DNA of 64,000 nucleotides from an uncultured Alphaproteobacteria bacterium (GTDB taxonomy: Bacteria > Pseudomonadota > Alphaproteobacteria > Rhizobiales > Xanthobacteraceae), in assembly GCA_963751535.1 (NCBI GenBank), contig CAVVUW010000001.1:167955-231954 (forward strand), read 5' to 3'. Below the pieces are notes generated by a model. That model was given only the letters and a program-made list of their open reading frames with translations, was not told the DNA's origin and ran no database searches. This document shows positions 54,749 to 63,813 of this stretch, in pieces (the first letter of the stretch is position 1; each line of letters starts with the position of its first letter). Position numbers and translations under genes: made by a program.

Positions 54749-55246
54749 ATGAATCTTTCATTTGCTGCAATAAATTATCGATCAGTCCGCGACCGCATCC
54801 AGGCAGAAGACCCCAGCATCGACGAGCAGACCCTGGCCGACACGGTCGAGGGCCTCACCGATCTCTACGAGATCATCGCGGCCATCGTCCGCGCGGCACT
54901 GGCCGACGAAGCCCTGGCAACCGGGCTCAAGGGCCGCATCGCCGAGATGCAGGACCGGCTTGAGCGCCTGCAGGATTGTGCCGCCAAACGCCGGCAAATC
55001 GCCAAGGATGTGATGGTCGAGCTCGACCTGAAAAAGATTACGGCACCCGATTTCACGGTCTCGATCCGCCCCGGCATGCCGGCTCTCCTCGTGCTCGATG
55101 AAGCCGCCGTGCCGAGCATCTATTGGGAGCCAAGAGATCCGCGCCTGAACCGACAAGAACTGCTGAGTGACCTCAAAGGCGGCACCGAAATTGAGGGTGT
55201 CACCCTTTCCAATCCAGAACCTGTTTTGAGCGTGAGGACAAAGTGA
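54749..55246 (+). CDS. siphovirus Gp157-family protein
   Basis: A coiled-coil N-terminal half is followed by ...KKITAPDFTVSIRPGMPALLVLDEAAVPSIYW, typical of Gp157-like phage proteins. Confidence 0.7.
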   Translation: MNLSFAAINYRSVRDRIQAEDPSIDEQTLADTVEGLTDLYEIIAAIVRAALADEALATGLKGRIAEMQDRLERLQDCAAKRRQIAKDVMVELDLKKITAPDFTVSIRPGMPALLVLDEAAVPSIYWEPRDPRLNRQELLSDLKGGTEIEGVTLSNPEPVLSVRTK

Positions 55247-56244
55247 TGGGCTTCACCGCAAAACAGACGCAGGCGTTGCGGCGTGGCCTCAGCAGTCGAA
55301 GCATTCGGACGCGCGAGGCGAATGGACGCGAACTTTCATACATTGAAGGCTGGTATGCGATCTCGGAAGCCAACCGGATCTTCGGCTTCGATGCCTGGAG
55401 TCGCGAGACTACGGATTCGCGTTGTGTGCTGACGCGCGAAAACCGCGGCGCGTTCCTCGCCGTTTACATCGCCAAAGTGCGCATCACCGTTCAGGCCGAT
55501 GGAACGACGATTGTTCGGGAGGGGCATGGATCGGGTGAAGGTCGTGCCACCTCCCCTGGCGAGGCGCACGACACCGCACTCAAGGCTGCCGAAACCGACG
55601 CCACCAAGCGGGCGCTTTCGACCTTCGGCAGGCCATTCGGACTTGAGCTCTACCGCAAGGATAGAAATGCCGCCTTGGCGAGCCCGCCAACATTCAAGTC
55701 TACTGCGGTTGAAAGTCCGCCGACCCAGCCGCGTTATGGCGCACATCCAGACGATACAACGCCAATCCCGCGGCCGTCCCACTACTACGGTCGGCGGCAC
55801 CATAGCTCCATGGCAGACCTGCTCCGGCGGGATCAAACAAAAGCCAAAGAACGCACTACGGCAACTCCTCCTCCAGCTTCCGCCGCAGCTGACCTCCCTC
55901 CGACCCGGATCGACAAGAGCCAGCTCGCGATTGCCGAACCCAAACGACTGCGCGACAAGGCACACCTGAAATTCGTTGCGTCGCAGCCTTGCGTTATCTG
56001 CGGCCGGCAACCGTCCGATCCGCATCATCTGCGGTTTGCACAACCCAGAGCCATTGGCCTCAAGGTGAGTGATGAATTCACCGTGCCTTTGTGCCGCGGC
56101 CATCATCGGCAATTGCATCAAACCGGGGATGAACGCGCGTGGTGGGAAGGCCAGCGGGTGAATTCCCTGGAGATTGCGAGAGGTCTTTGGGAGAAAACCC
56201 ATCCCGCAATCAATCCGGCTTCACTCGAACAACATCCGTTATGA
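55246..56244 (+). CDS. Rad52/Rad22-type single-strand annealing protein fused to a C-terminal Cys/His (HNH-like) domain
   Basis: The N-terminal part contains LSYIEGWYAISEANRIFGFDAWSRET...ALKAAETDATKRALSTFG. The C-terminal part contains QPCVICGRQPSDPHHLRFAQ...VPLCRGHHRQLH. The ATG overlaps the Gp157 stop (TGATG). Confidence 0.75.
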   Translation: MGFTAKQTQALRRGLSSRSIRTREANGRELSYIEGWYAISEANRIFGFDAWSRETTDSRCVLTRENRGAFLAVYIAKVRITVQADGTTIVREGHGSGEGRATSPGEAHDTALKAAETDATKRALSTFGRPFGLELYRKDRNAALASPPTFKSTAVESPPTQPRYGAHPDDTTPIPRPSHYYGRRHHSSMADLLRRDQTKAKERTTATPPPASAAADLPPTRIDKSQLAIAEPKRLRDKAHLKFVASQPCVICGRQPSDPHHLRFAQPRAIGLKVSDEFTVPLCRGHHRQLHQTGDERAWWEGQRVNSLEIARGLWEKTHPAINPASLEQHPL

Positions 56245-56405
56245 GACGGGAACAACGAGTCGATCGATGGCCCGCTCTGGGCCGACCGAGCTAGCGTACT
56301 GGAAGGACGGGTCGTCGGCGCATCGGGAGGCGGTCAGGTCCAAGCTGACGCCGAACGCCGTTCGCTTATTTTTATTTTCGGATGGTATCGGCGCGACCAA
56401 CGCGA

Positions 56406-57095
56406 TTATCCGCCATCGGAACCTGACCCTTTTTGCACCTGCAACGATGGTTGCATGAACGCTCTAACGCCTACATGGTCAAGAACGTTCAACGGCATAT
56501 ACCGTTTGGAAAGCTGATCGGCCTCGGCAAGGACCGAGGAATGATTGTTGAGAAATATCCAACGGCCCTCTTCGTGGACCGCAACAAGCGCATGCTTTTG
56601 ATGCAGCACTTTGTCTTCGACAATCACAATCCGTATGGAATCGGGCGATAACCCCACGTCACGTAAGGCCGCATACTTTAAGATCGCATGCTGCTTGCAG
56701 TCTCCTGCACCATCGGCCAAGGCAGCCAGCGGAGATGTCCAATCAGTCGGCGCTGCATTCTTGATCCCTCGGATCGAGAGATTGACGGCGCGATTGATAT
56801 GCCCGATCCGGGCGAGACCTTGGTGAAGTTGACCTTCGCCGACAATTGCGATGAATCGAAGCGCGGCAGGCGATGAACAATCCTCAGGCCGCGCGCGACA
56901 GCGGGCGATGATCGTCCGATCCGCCTCAATTTCCTCCCGCAGATCTTCCCACGTTGCCGGCAGCAATCCGTCAGCAACCACAAACGTCGGGAGTCCAAAT
57001 GGTTCCTGGAGTTCAGTCTGAGCGGTGAGACCGAGGAGGAAAAGCGCCGCCCCTGCCCGGAAGATTCGCCGCGCCCAGTAAAACCGTATGTGCAT
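56406..57095 (-). CDS. bacterial transglutaminase-like cysteine peptidase (BTLCP family)
   Basis: Signal-like N-terminus MHIRFYWARRIFRAGAALFLLGLTAQT. The catalytic-type blocks GAGDCKQHAILKYAAL and HALVAV are present. Confidence 0.8.
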   Translation of the reverse strand: MHIRFYWARRIFRAGAALFLLGLTAQTELQEPFGLPTFVVADGLLPATWEDLREEIEADRTIIARCRARPEDCSSPAALRFIAIVGEGQLHQGLARIGHINRAVNLSIRGIKNAAPTDWTSPLAALADGAGDCKQHAILKYAALRDVGLSPDSIRIVIVEDKVLHQKHALVAVHEEGRWIFLNNHSSVLAEADQLSKRYMPLNVLDHVGVRAFMQPSLQVQKGSGSDGG

Positions 57096-57348
57096 ATTCG
57101 AAGTCATTCTCTGGCAATCGGATCGGGAACACACCGGACATACCGGTCCTGCAGCGTCGTCCGGCCATCAAATCGAAACTAACCAGCGGGCGAACACTCC
57201 CTGATGTCCAGTCAAATGCCTGTGTTCGGCGGAATCGATTGCCGCTGCCGCCACGGAATACCGTCTTTGCGTTTCCACCATCGCCACGGATGGGGGTATT
57301 CAAATGGAGCGCGAGGGTGTTCGTTCTGGCGAGCAAAAAGGTGTCACA

Positions 57349-57696
57349 ATGATCGCTGTCATATTTGAGGTTTGGCCAAAACCTTCCCGTAAGCAGGACT
57401 ATCTGAACATCGCAGCCGAGCTGAAATCTCTGCTGGAAAACATAGATGGCTTTATTTCAATCGAACGGTTCGAAAGCCTTTATGAGCCGGGAAAGATTCT
57501 TTCACTTTCATTCTTCCGCGATGAGGCCGCGGTGAAGGCCTGGCGCAACACCCTTGAACATCGGAAGGCGCAAGCAAAAGGCCGTCACGAAATCTTCGCA
57601 AAGTATCGTTTGCGGGTTGCAAGCGTCATTCGAGACTACGGAATGGATGAACGCGAACAAGTCCCCGCAGACAGCCGGGCGATCCACACAGCGTAA
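57349..57696 (+). CDS. antibiotic-biosynthesis-monooxygenase (ABM/Dabb) family protein
   Basis: MIAVIFEVWPK...GFISIERFESL...SFFRDEAAVKAWRN is a ferredoxin-like ABM pattern. Confidence 0.75.
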   Translation: MIAVIFEVWPKPSRKQDYLNIAAELKSLLENIDGFISIERFESLYEPGKILSLSFFRDEAAVKAWRNTLEHRKAQAKGRHEIFAKYRLRVASVIRDYGMDEREQVPADSRAIHTA

Positions 57697-57854
57697 GTTA
57701 CTGACTGGACGAAGCGGCAGAACCGGGTTCGCGAACCGGTCAGCAGTCAGAGCGCTTCGCGTTTGCGATCTGCTCGACCTCCGATCACGCCCCAGAAAGG
57801 CATCGCAAAGCGACCTCAAGCTCCACTACGCCTCTCTCATACTAAATGATGATA

Positions 57855-57893
57855 AGTGATAAATGTTGACTTTTATCACTAATCACATATCAT
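57855..57893 (+). promoter_or_regulatory. sigma70-like promoter overlapped by a 9-bp-arm palindrome (candidate TetR operator) for the RND operon
   Basis: The palindrome is AGTGATAAA (57855-57863) - N8 - TTTATCACT (57872-57880). The promoter is TTGACT (57866-57871) - N16 - TATCAT (57888-57893). The adaptor ATG is at 57914. Confidence 0.55.
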
Positions 57894-57913
57894 CGTTGGT
57901 CTGGAGGCTTTCC

Positions 57914-59011
57914 ATGTCGTACCAGGCTGTTTTCACCAGACTTCTCAATATCTTGGCTGTCCTGCCGGTTCTCGCGCTCACGGCCTGTGACCCGATGACG
58001 GCCCAGCCGACTGTCCCCGCCCGGCCAGTTCTCGTCACCAACGCGCACTACGAATCGCAAGTCAGCGAACGCAGCTTCGTCGGAACGATCCGGCCGCGAA
58101 TTGAGAGTGACCTCGGCTTCCGGGTCGCCGGAAAGGTCGCAAAACGCCTGGTCGAGGTCGGCACGCTGGTTGAAACGGGCCAGCCGCTGGCGCTACTCGA
58201 TGAGGCCGACCTCACGTTGCAGGCCGAACAGGCTACCGCAGAACTCTCCGCTGCGAATGGCGTCGTGGCGCAGGCAACCGCGGCGGAAACGCGCGCGAAA
58301 GAACTGCGGCAGAAGGGTTGGTCAACCGACGCGCAACTCGACCAGGCCAAGGCCGCCGCCGATGAAGCGCGTGCTCGCCTGAATCGGGCCGAGCGATCGG
58401 TTGAACTCACGAAAAACAGTCTCTCGTACGCGCGGCTTGTCTCCGACGCTCCGAGCGTGGTGACCGCTACACTTATCGAACCCGGTCAGGTCGTGAGTGC
58501 GGGGCAAACCGCCATTCGCGTGGCGCGCCTCGCCGAAAAGGAGGTCGTCGTTGCGATCCCTGAAACGCTGCTGGCACGCGCGAAGTCAGGTGAGGCACAA
58601 GTGTCTATCTGGTCCGAATCAAACAAGAACTATGTCGCCAAGCTTCGCGAACTCGCACCCTCGGCGGATCCCATGACACGAACCTACCTCGCGAAATTTT
58701 CCATACCCGGGGCCGGCGATGCCGTGCAACTCGGAATGACGGCAACGCTGACCCTGTCCGATCCCGCGAGCGAACGCGTGGCGCGCCTTCCACTATCTGC
58801 GTTGTTCAACCAGGGCGACGGGCCTTCGGTTTTCGTCGTCGACGTCAACACCGGCGCGATCACGCTGAAGCGTGTCTCCGTCAAGTCATATGAAAGCAGT
58901 GACATCCTGATCAGTGGCGGTGTGGAGGAAGGCGCAAGTGTTGTCGCCCTCGGCGTGCAAAAACTCGACCCCGCACAGAAAGTAAAGATCGTTTCGTCTT
59001 TGTCATTCTGA
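57914..59011 (+). CDS. RND efflux periplasmic adaptor lipoprotein
   Basis: Lipobox LALTAC, plus hairpin coiled coil and beta-barrel segments of the membrane-fusion family. Confidence 0.88.
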   Translation: MSYQAVFTRLLNILAVLPVLALTACDPMTAQPTVPARPVLVTNAHYESQVSERSFVGTIRPRIESDLGFRVAGKVAKRLVEVGTLVETGQPLALLDEADLTLQAEQATAELSAANGVVAQATAAETRAKELRQKGWSTDAQLDQAKAAADEARARLNRAERSVELTKNSLSYARLVSDAPSVVTATLIEPGQVVSAGQTAIRVARLAEKEVVVAIPETLLARAKSGEAQVSIWSESNKNYVAKLRELAPSADPMTRTYLAKFSIPGAGDAVQLGMTATLTLSDPASERVARLPLSALFNQGDGPSVFVVDVNTGAITLKRVSVKSYESSDILISGGVEEGASVVALGVQKLDPAQKVKIVSSLSF

Positions 59012-59056
59012 GTGCGGGTCAACGAAGTGCAGTTGGATCGCCAAAGGAAAAAGGCC

Positions 59057-62000
59057 ATGCGTCGCTTCAATCTTTCAGCGTGGGCGGTCAAGCATCCCGC
59101 CTTGATCCTGTTCCTGATTGTCATGTTCGGCGTCGCCGGGCTGATTTCCTATCGCAGCCTGGGGCGCGCTGAGGATCCATCGTTCACCATCAAGGTGGTG
59201 GTGGTGACTGCGATGTGGCCCGGAGCGACAGCCGCCGAAATGCAGGCGCAGGTCGCCGACCCGATCGAGAAGAAACTTCAGGAGTTGCCTTATTTCGATA
59301 AGGTGACGACTTACACGAAGCCGGCCTTTACCGCGATGCAGGTTGCGTTCAAGGACAACACGCCTGCACGCGATGTACCGCAGTTGTTTTACCAACTGCG
59401 CAAGAAGATCGTCGACATCAAGGATGACCTGCCGGCCGGCCTCATCGGTCCTTCCGTCAACGACGAATACGGCGATGTCGATTCGATTCTCTATATGCTC
59501 ACCGCCGATGGCGCAGACTATGCGCAGATGAAAAAGGTTGCCGAAGCTCTGCGACAGCGCCTGCTGAAGGTGAAGGATGTCACGAAGGTCAATCTCTACG
59601 GCACGCAGGCCGAGAAAATCTACGTTGAGTTTTCGCACGCGAAGCTTGCCACGCTTGGCGTAACCACCGACCAGATCTTCCAGTCGCTTGCCAGGCAAAA
59701 CGCCGTGGTCCCGGCCGGAATTGTCGAAGCGTCGGCACAGCGCGTGCCGCTACGCGTGACCGGAGCTCTCGATGGCGCCAAGGCTGTCGCGGAGACACCC
59801 GTCGAAGCCAATGGTCGCGTCTTTCGTCTGGGCGACATTGCAACCGTGACGCACGGCTTTACTGATCCACCGGATTTTATGGTGCGGCAGAAAGAGAAGC
59901 CTGCGATCGGCATCGGTGTCGTGATGGCGAAAGGTGCCAATATTCTAGAGCTCGGACCGGCCGTTAACAGCGCCACGGCCGATTTCATGTCAGCGGTGCC
60001 ACGGGGGTTTGATCTCGAGCAGATCGCCGATCAGCCGGCCGTCGTCGAGCATGCGGTCGGAGAATTTGTGCACTCCTTCATCGAAGCGCTGGCGATTGTG
60101 CTGTTCGTCAGCTTCCTCGCGCTCGGCTGGCGCACAGGCATCGTCGTCGCACTCTCGGTGCCACTCGTTTTGGCCATCGTGTTCGTCGTCATGAACGCCA
60201 TGGGGCTCGACCTGCACCGGATCACGCTCGGGGCACTGATCATCGCGCTCGGTCTTCTCGTCGACGACGCCATCATTGCTGTCGAGATGATGGTGGTGAA
60301 GATCGAACAGGGCTGGGACCGAATCCGGGCCGCATCTTTCGCCTGGGAATCAACCGCTTTCCCGATGCTGACGGGAACGCTGGTGACAGCGGCAGGCTTC
60401 CTGCCGATCGGCTTCGCCAATTCGTCCGTTGGCGAATACGCCGGTGGCATTTTCTGGGTGGTTGCCATTGCACTGGTTGCGTCGTGGCTGGTGGCGGTCA
60501 CCTTCACTCCGTATCTCGGGGTCAAGCTCCTGCCGACGCTCAAGCGGCTCGGCCACCGGCACGACCCGCATGCGATTTACGAGACCCGTGTTTACCGCGC
60601 ATTGCGCAGGGTCATCGAATGGTGCGTGCAGCGCCGTATCACTGTGGTGCTTGCAACGATTGGCGTGTTCACTTTGTCGATCGTCGGGTTCGGCCATGTC
60701 CAGCAGCAGTTCTTCCCTCTGTCGGAACGGCCGGAGCTCTTTTTTCAGCTGCGTCTGCCAGCGGGCACTGCGTTCGGCACAACGCTTGATTCTGTCAAAC
60801 GCGCTGAATGGTTGCTTAAAGGCGACGAGGATATCTCAACGTACACCGCCTACGTCGGTCAGGGTTCGCCGCGCTTCTGGCTAGGGCTTAACCCGCAGCT
60901 GCCGAATGAATCATTCGCCGAGATCGTCATAGTGTCGAAGGATGTCGAGGCGCGCGAGCGGATCAAGGCACGAATTGAAAAAGCGGTCGCGGATGGTGCG
61001 CTTTCGGAAGCACGCGTGCGCGTCGACCGGTTCAACTTCGGTCCCCCCGTCGGCTTCCCGGTGCAGTTCCGTGTCATCGGGCCGGATGCCAAGAAGGTGC
61101 GGGACATCGCCTATCAGGTCCGAGAGGTGATGCGCGCCAACGACCAGGTGATCGATCCGCATCTCGACTGGAACGAACAAACGCCTTCCCTGAAGCTCGT
61201 GGTTGATCAAGATCGCGTTCGGGCGCTGGGAATGACGCCGCAGGATATTTCCAAGTCGCTGAGCATGTTGCTCACGGGTGCGTCCATCACCACGGTGCGC
61301 GATGGCATCGAAAAGGTCGAGGTTGTCGCGCGCGCTGTCCCTGCTGAGCGGCTTGATCTGGCCCATATTGGGGACCTGTCGCTCTATTCGCGCAACGGAA
61401 TTGCCGTCCCTCTGACGCAGATCGCCAAGGTCGAATACACCCACGAGGAGCCGATCCTGTGGCGCATCAACCGTGACATGGCGATGACAGTCCGTGCCGA
61501 CGTTGTCGATGGCGTTCAGCCCCCCGACGTCACCAACGCCGTCTGGCCGAAGTTAAAGCCTATCCGTGACCATCTCGACCCCGCTTACCGGATCGAGATA
61601 GGTGGGGCCATTGAAGAATCGCAGAAGGGCAATGCATCGATCTTCGTGCTGTTCCCCGTCATGATCGGTGTCATGCTTACGCTGTTGATGATCCAGCTCC
61701 AAAGCATTTCGCGGCTCTTTCTGGTTTTCCTGACCGCCCCACTGGGCATCATCGGAGCCTCGCTAGCCTTGAACCTCACTGGCAAGCCGTTCGGCTTCGT
61801 CGCGTTACTCGGGCTGATCGCTCTGGCCGGCATGATCATGCGCAACGCGGTCATTCTGGTTGACCAGATCGAATCGGATGTTGGCCAGGGACTTACGCGC
61901 GGTGAGGCAATCGTCGAAGCGACGGTGAGGCGGGCGCGGCCAGTTATCCTCACGGCGTTGGCCGCCATCCTCGCGATGATTCCGCTGTCGCGTTCGGCCT

Positions 62001-62200
62001 TCTGGGGTCCGATGGCCATCACCATCATGGGTGGTCTGTTCGTGGCAACGTTTCTGACCCTGTTGTTCCTGCCAAGCCTCTATGCATTGTGGTATCGTAA
62101 GCGCCTCGATGAGCGCGGCGGAGCCGAAGATGAGCTGACGGATACATCGGACCACATGCAGTGGTCCGGCGTGGGTTCGCTTGCACCCGCTGGCAAATGA
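59057..62200 (+). CDS. AcrB/AcrD/AcrF-family (HAE1-like) RND efflux permease
   Basis: MRRFNLSAWAVKHPALILFLIVMFGVAGLISYRSLGRAEDPSFTIK, about 1047 aa from ATG 59057, with 12-TM RND architecture. Confidence 0.92.
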   Translation: MRRFNLSAWAVKHPALILFLIVMFGVAGLISYRSLGRAEDPSFTIKVVVVTAMWPGATAAEMQAQVADPIEKKLQELPYFDKVTTYTKPAFTAMQVAFKDNTPARDVPQLFYQLRKKIVDIKDDLPAGLIGPSVNDEYGDVDSILYMLTADGADYAQMKKVAEALRQRLLKVKDVTKVNLYGTQAEKIYVEFSHAKLATLGVTTDQIFQSLARQNAVVPAGIVEASAQRVPLRVTGALDGAKAVAETPVEANGRVFRLGDIATVTHGFTDPPDFMVRQKEKPAIGIGVVMAKGANILELGPAVNSATADFMSAVPRGFDLEQIADQPAVVEHAVGEFVHSFIEALAIVLFVSFLALGWRTGIVVALSVPLVLAIVFVVMNAMGLDLHRITLGALIIALGLLVDDAIIAVEMMVVKIEQGWDRIRAASFAWESTAFPMLTGTLVTAAGFLPIGFANSSVGEYAGGIFWVVAIALVASWLVAVTFTPYLGVKLLPTLKRLGHRHDPHAIYETRVYRALRRVIEWCVQRRITVVLATIGVFTLSIVGFGHVQQQFFPLSERPELFFQLRLPAGTAFGTTLDSVKRAEWLLKGDEDISTYTAYVGQGSPRFWLGLNPQLPNESFAEIVIVSKDVEARERIKARIEKAVADGALSEARVRVDRFNFGPPVGFPVQFRVIGPDAKKVRDIAYQVREVMRANDQVIDPHLDWNEQTPSLKLVVDQDRVRALGMTPQDISKSLSMLLTGASITTVRDGIEKVEVVARAVPAERLDLAHIGDLSLYSRNGIAVPLTQIAKVEYTHEEPILWRINRDMAMTVRADVVDGVQPPDVTNAVWPKLKPIRDHLDPAYRIEIGGAIEESQKGNASIFVLFPVMIGVMLTLLMIQLQSISRLFLVFLTAPLGIIGASLALNLTGKPFGFVALLGLIALAGMIMRNAVILVDQIESDVGQGLTRGEAIVEATVRRARPVILTALAAILAMIPLSRSAFWGPMAITIMGGLFVATFLTLLFLPSLYALWYRKRLDERGGAEDELTDTSDHMQWSGVGSLAPAGK

Positions 62201-62220
62201 CGGAAAGGCTGGGCTGTTAA

Positions 62221-62820
62221 ATGAGCTACGTGGCCGACCACATCGAACCGGATGTGCGGGAGCAAATACTCGTTACCGCGGAGCGCCTGTTTCGCGAGAT
62301 CGGCTACCAAAAGACAACGGTAGCCGACATCGCCAAGGCTCTGCGAATGAGCCCGGCAAACGTCTACCGCTTTTTCGATTCAAAGAGGTCGATCAATACG
62401 GGCGTGGCCCGGCGGCTGATGAGCGAGGTCGAACAGGCGGCGCAGACGATCGCCGCCAGCAAGGGAAGTGCAGCGGCGCGCCTGCGCAAACTGTTGACGA
62501 CGGTCCATCAGATGAATTCGGCACGTTATGTCGCTGATTCGAAGATGCATGAGATGGTCGCCTGCGCAATGGAAGAAAATTGGGATGTCTGCAAGGCCCA
62601 TATCGAATTCATCACGGGGGCAATCGGGTCGGTGATCACATCGGGCATTGCGTCAGGCGAATTCCATACCCGTGATGCCGGTACTGCTGCATTGTGCACC
62701 TGTGCCGCGATGATCCGATTTTTCCACCCCCTGTTTATCGCGGAATCCGCCGGCAAACCTGGTCCTACGCTCGATCAGATGATCGACTTCGTCGTCGCCG
62801 GCTTGCGTAGCCGCGAGTAA
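62221..62820 (+). CDS. TetR/AcrR-family transcriptional regulator
   Basis: The N-terminal HTH ILVTAERLFREIGYQKTTVADIAKALRMSPANVYRFF is present. It starts 20 nt after the RND permease gene. Confidence 0.9.
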   Translation: MSYVADHIEPDVREQILVTAERLFREIGYQKTTVADIAKALRMSPANVYRFFDSKRSINTGVARRLMSEVEQAAQTIAASKGSAAARLRKLLTTVHQMNSARYVADSKMHEMVACAMEENWDVCKAHIEFITGAIGSVITSGIASGEFHTRDAGTAALCTCAAMIRFFHPLFIAESAGKPGPTLDQMIDFVVAGLRSRE

Positions 62821-62929
62821 ACGGACACTCCGCGTAAAATCCGCTCTGCCTCAAGGAAAAATCCAGATCGTCTCCAAGCTTGCAGCCACCCGGTCGGCTA
62901 TTGCTCTGAGACTTCCCACTCCCCCATGG

Positions 62930-62967
62930 GCGGGCGACAGAATTTTTGTCGCCCGCTTCCCTTTTTC
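62930..62967 (+). terminator. rho-independent terminator after the TetR gene
   Basis: The stem is GCGGGCGACA / TGTCGCCCGC (62930-62939 and 62947-62956), followed by TTCCCTTTTTC. Confidence 0.65.
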
Positions 62968-63084
62968 TGCAGATGCCGGTCGATTCGCGGCCCTATCTGG
63001 CGATGGTGGAGGAAGCGCAACTGATAACAAAATTCTCTGTCCGTAATCACCGCATACGGTAGTATGGGAAAAGAGGTTCAGACG

Positions 63085-63753
63085 ATGCGGTTATGGCGTA
63101 TCTTGAGTTGGCTATCCGTTGCGCTGGCGGTTTCCGCCTGCGCCGATAACGCCAATAATCTGCAGAATTTCTACCTTGATCAGTATGCCAACCCGAATCC
63201 GACGCTGACGGATTTGACGGTATGCCACGGCTTCTACTGCGCCGAGCGGTCACCCGCGACCATTAACGAGGATCAGTGGCGGCGCGTCACGGCCCTGTTC
63301 AAACCGCGCGCGAAGAATGCGCGGGCTGAGCGGCATCAAATCGTGCGCGGCGTGGCAATGATCCAGACCATCGTCGCGCCGCAAACCGGAACAAATGCCC
63401 ACCAATGGACGCACAAGAACATGTACGTCCTCCCTAATGCTGGTGACTTGACGCAACTCGACTGCATCAATTCCTCGGTCAATACGTGGACTTACATGAC
63501 GCTCATGGAGCGCAGTGGGCTCTTCGCCTTCCACAAGGTGGCGCCGCTTTCCTACGCCCCCCTGCGCAATACCGCGGTCGTGCAGGAAATGAACGGCGGC
63601 TATTACGCCATCGACGCGAGCTTGGTAGACACGGGAGTGCCGCCGCCCATAATGCCACTCGCGGTTTGGTTGGCCTCCTGGCCGCCCGACCCTGCTGCGA
63701 TCGAGCGCGTGGATAAAGCGAACGCAACCGGGGCCAGTGCCGCCCTCAACTGA
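63085..63753 (+). CDS. hypothetical lipoprotein
   Basis: MRLWRILSWLSVALAVSAC contains a lipobox, and RBS AAGAGG precedes ATG 63085. I recognise no family. Confidence 0.6.
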   Translation: MRLWRILSWLSVALAVSACADNANNLQNFYLDQYANPNPTLTDLTVCHGFYCAERSPATINEDQWRRVTALFKPRAKNARAERHQIVRGVAMIQTIVAPQTGTNAHQWTHKNMYVLPNAGDLTQLDCINSSVNTWTYMTLMERSGLFAFHKVAPLSYAPLRNTAVVQEMNGGYYAIDASLVDTGVPPPIMPLAVWLASWPPDPAAIERVDKANATGASAALN

Positions 63754-63813
63754 AAGCACAGCGACACAAAGTATCGCTGCGCGTTCGATCGCCGACGACA
63801 CTGACGGGCTGGT

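Larger units (their letters stand above)
53531..56244. mobile_element. prophage-remnant-like islet (hypothetical gene, XRE repressor, Gp157, Rad52-like annealing protein); no integrase or structural genes
   Basis: It has phage early-region gene content and is visibly more AT-rich than its flanks by eye. I found no flanking direct repeats. Confidence 0.45.

Noticed and set aside
56174-56458. 94-aa plus-strand ORF (or a shorter version from ATG 56267) between the Rad52-like gene and the BTLCP gene
   Set aside because: It overlaps the 3' ends of both neighbours and has no motif and no RBS. The T-rich tract at 56366-56378 after a weak, tight-looped stem was also not convincing as a terminator.
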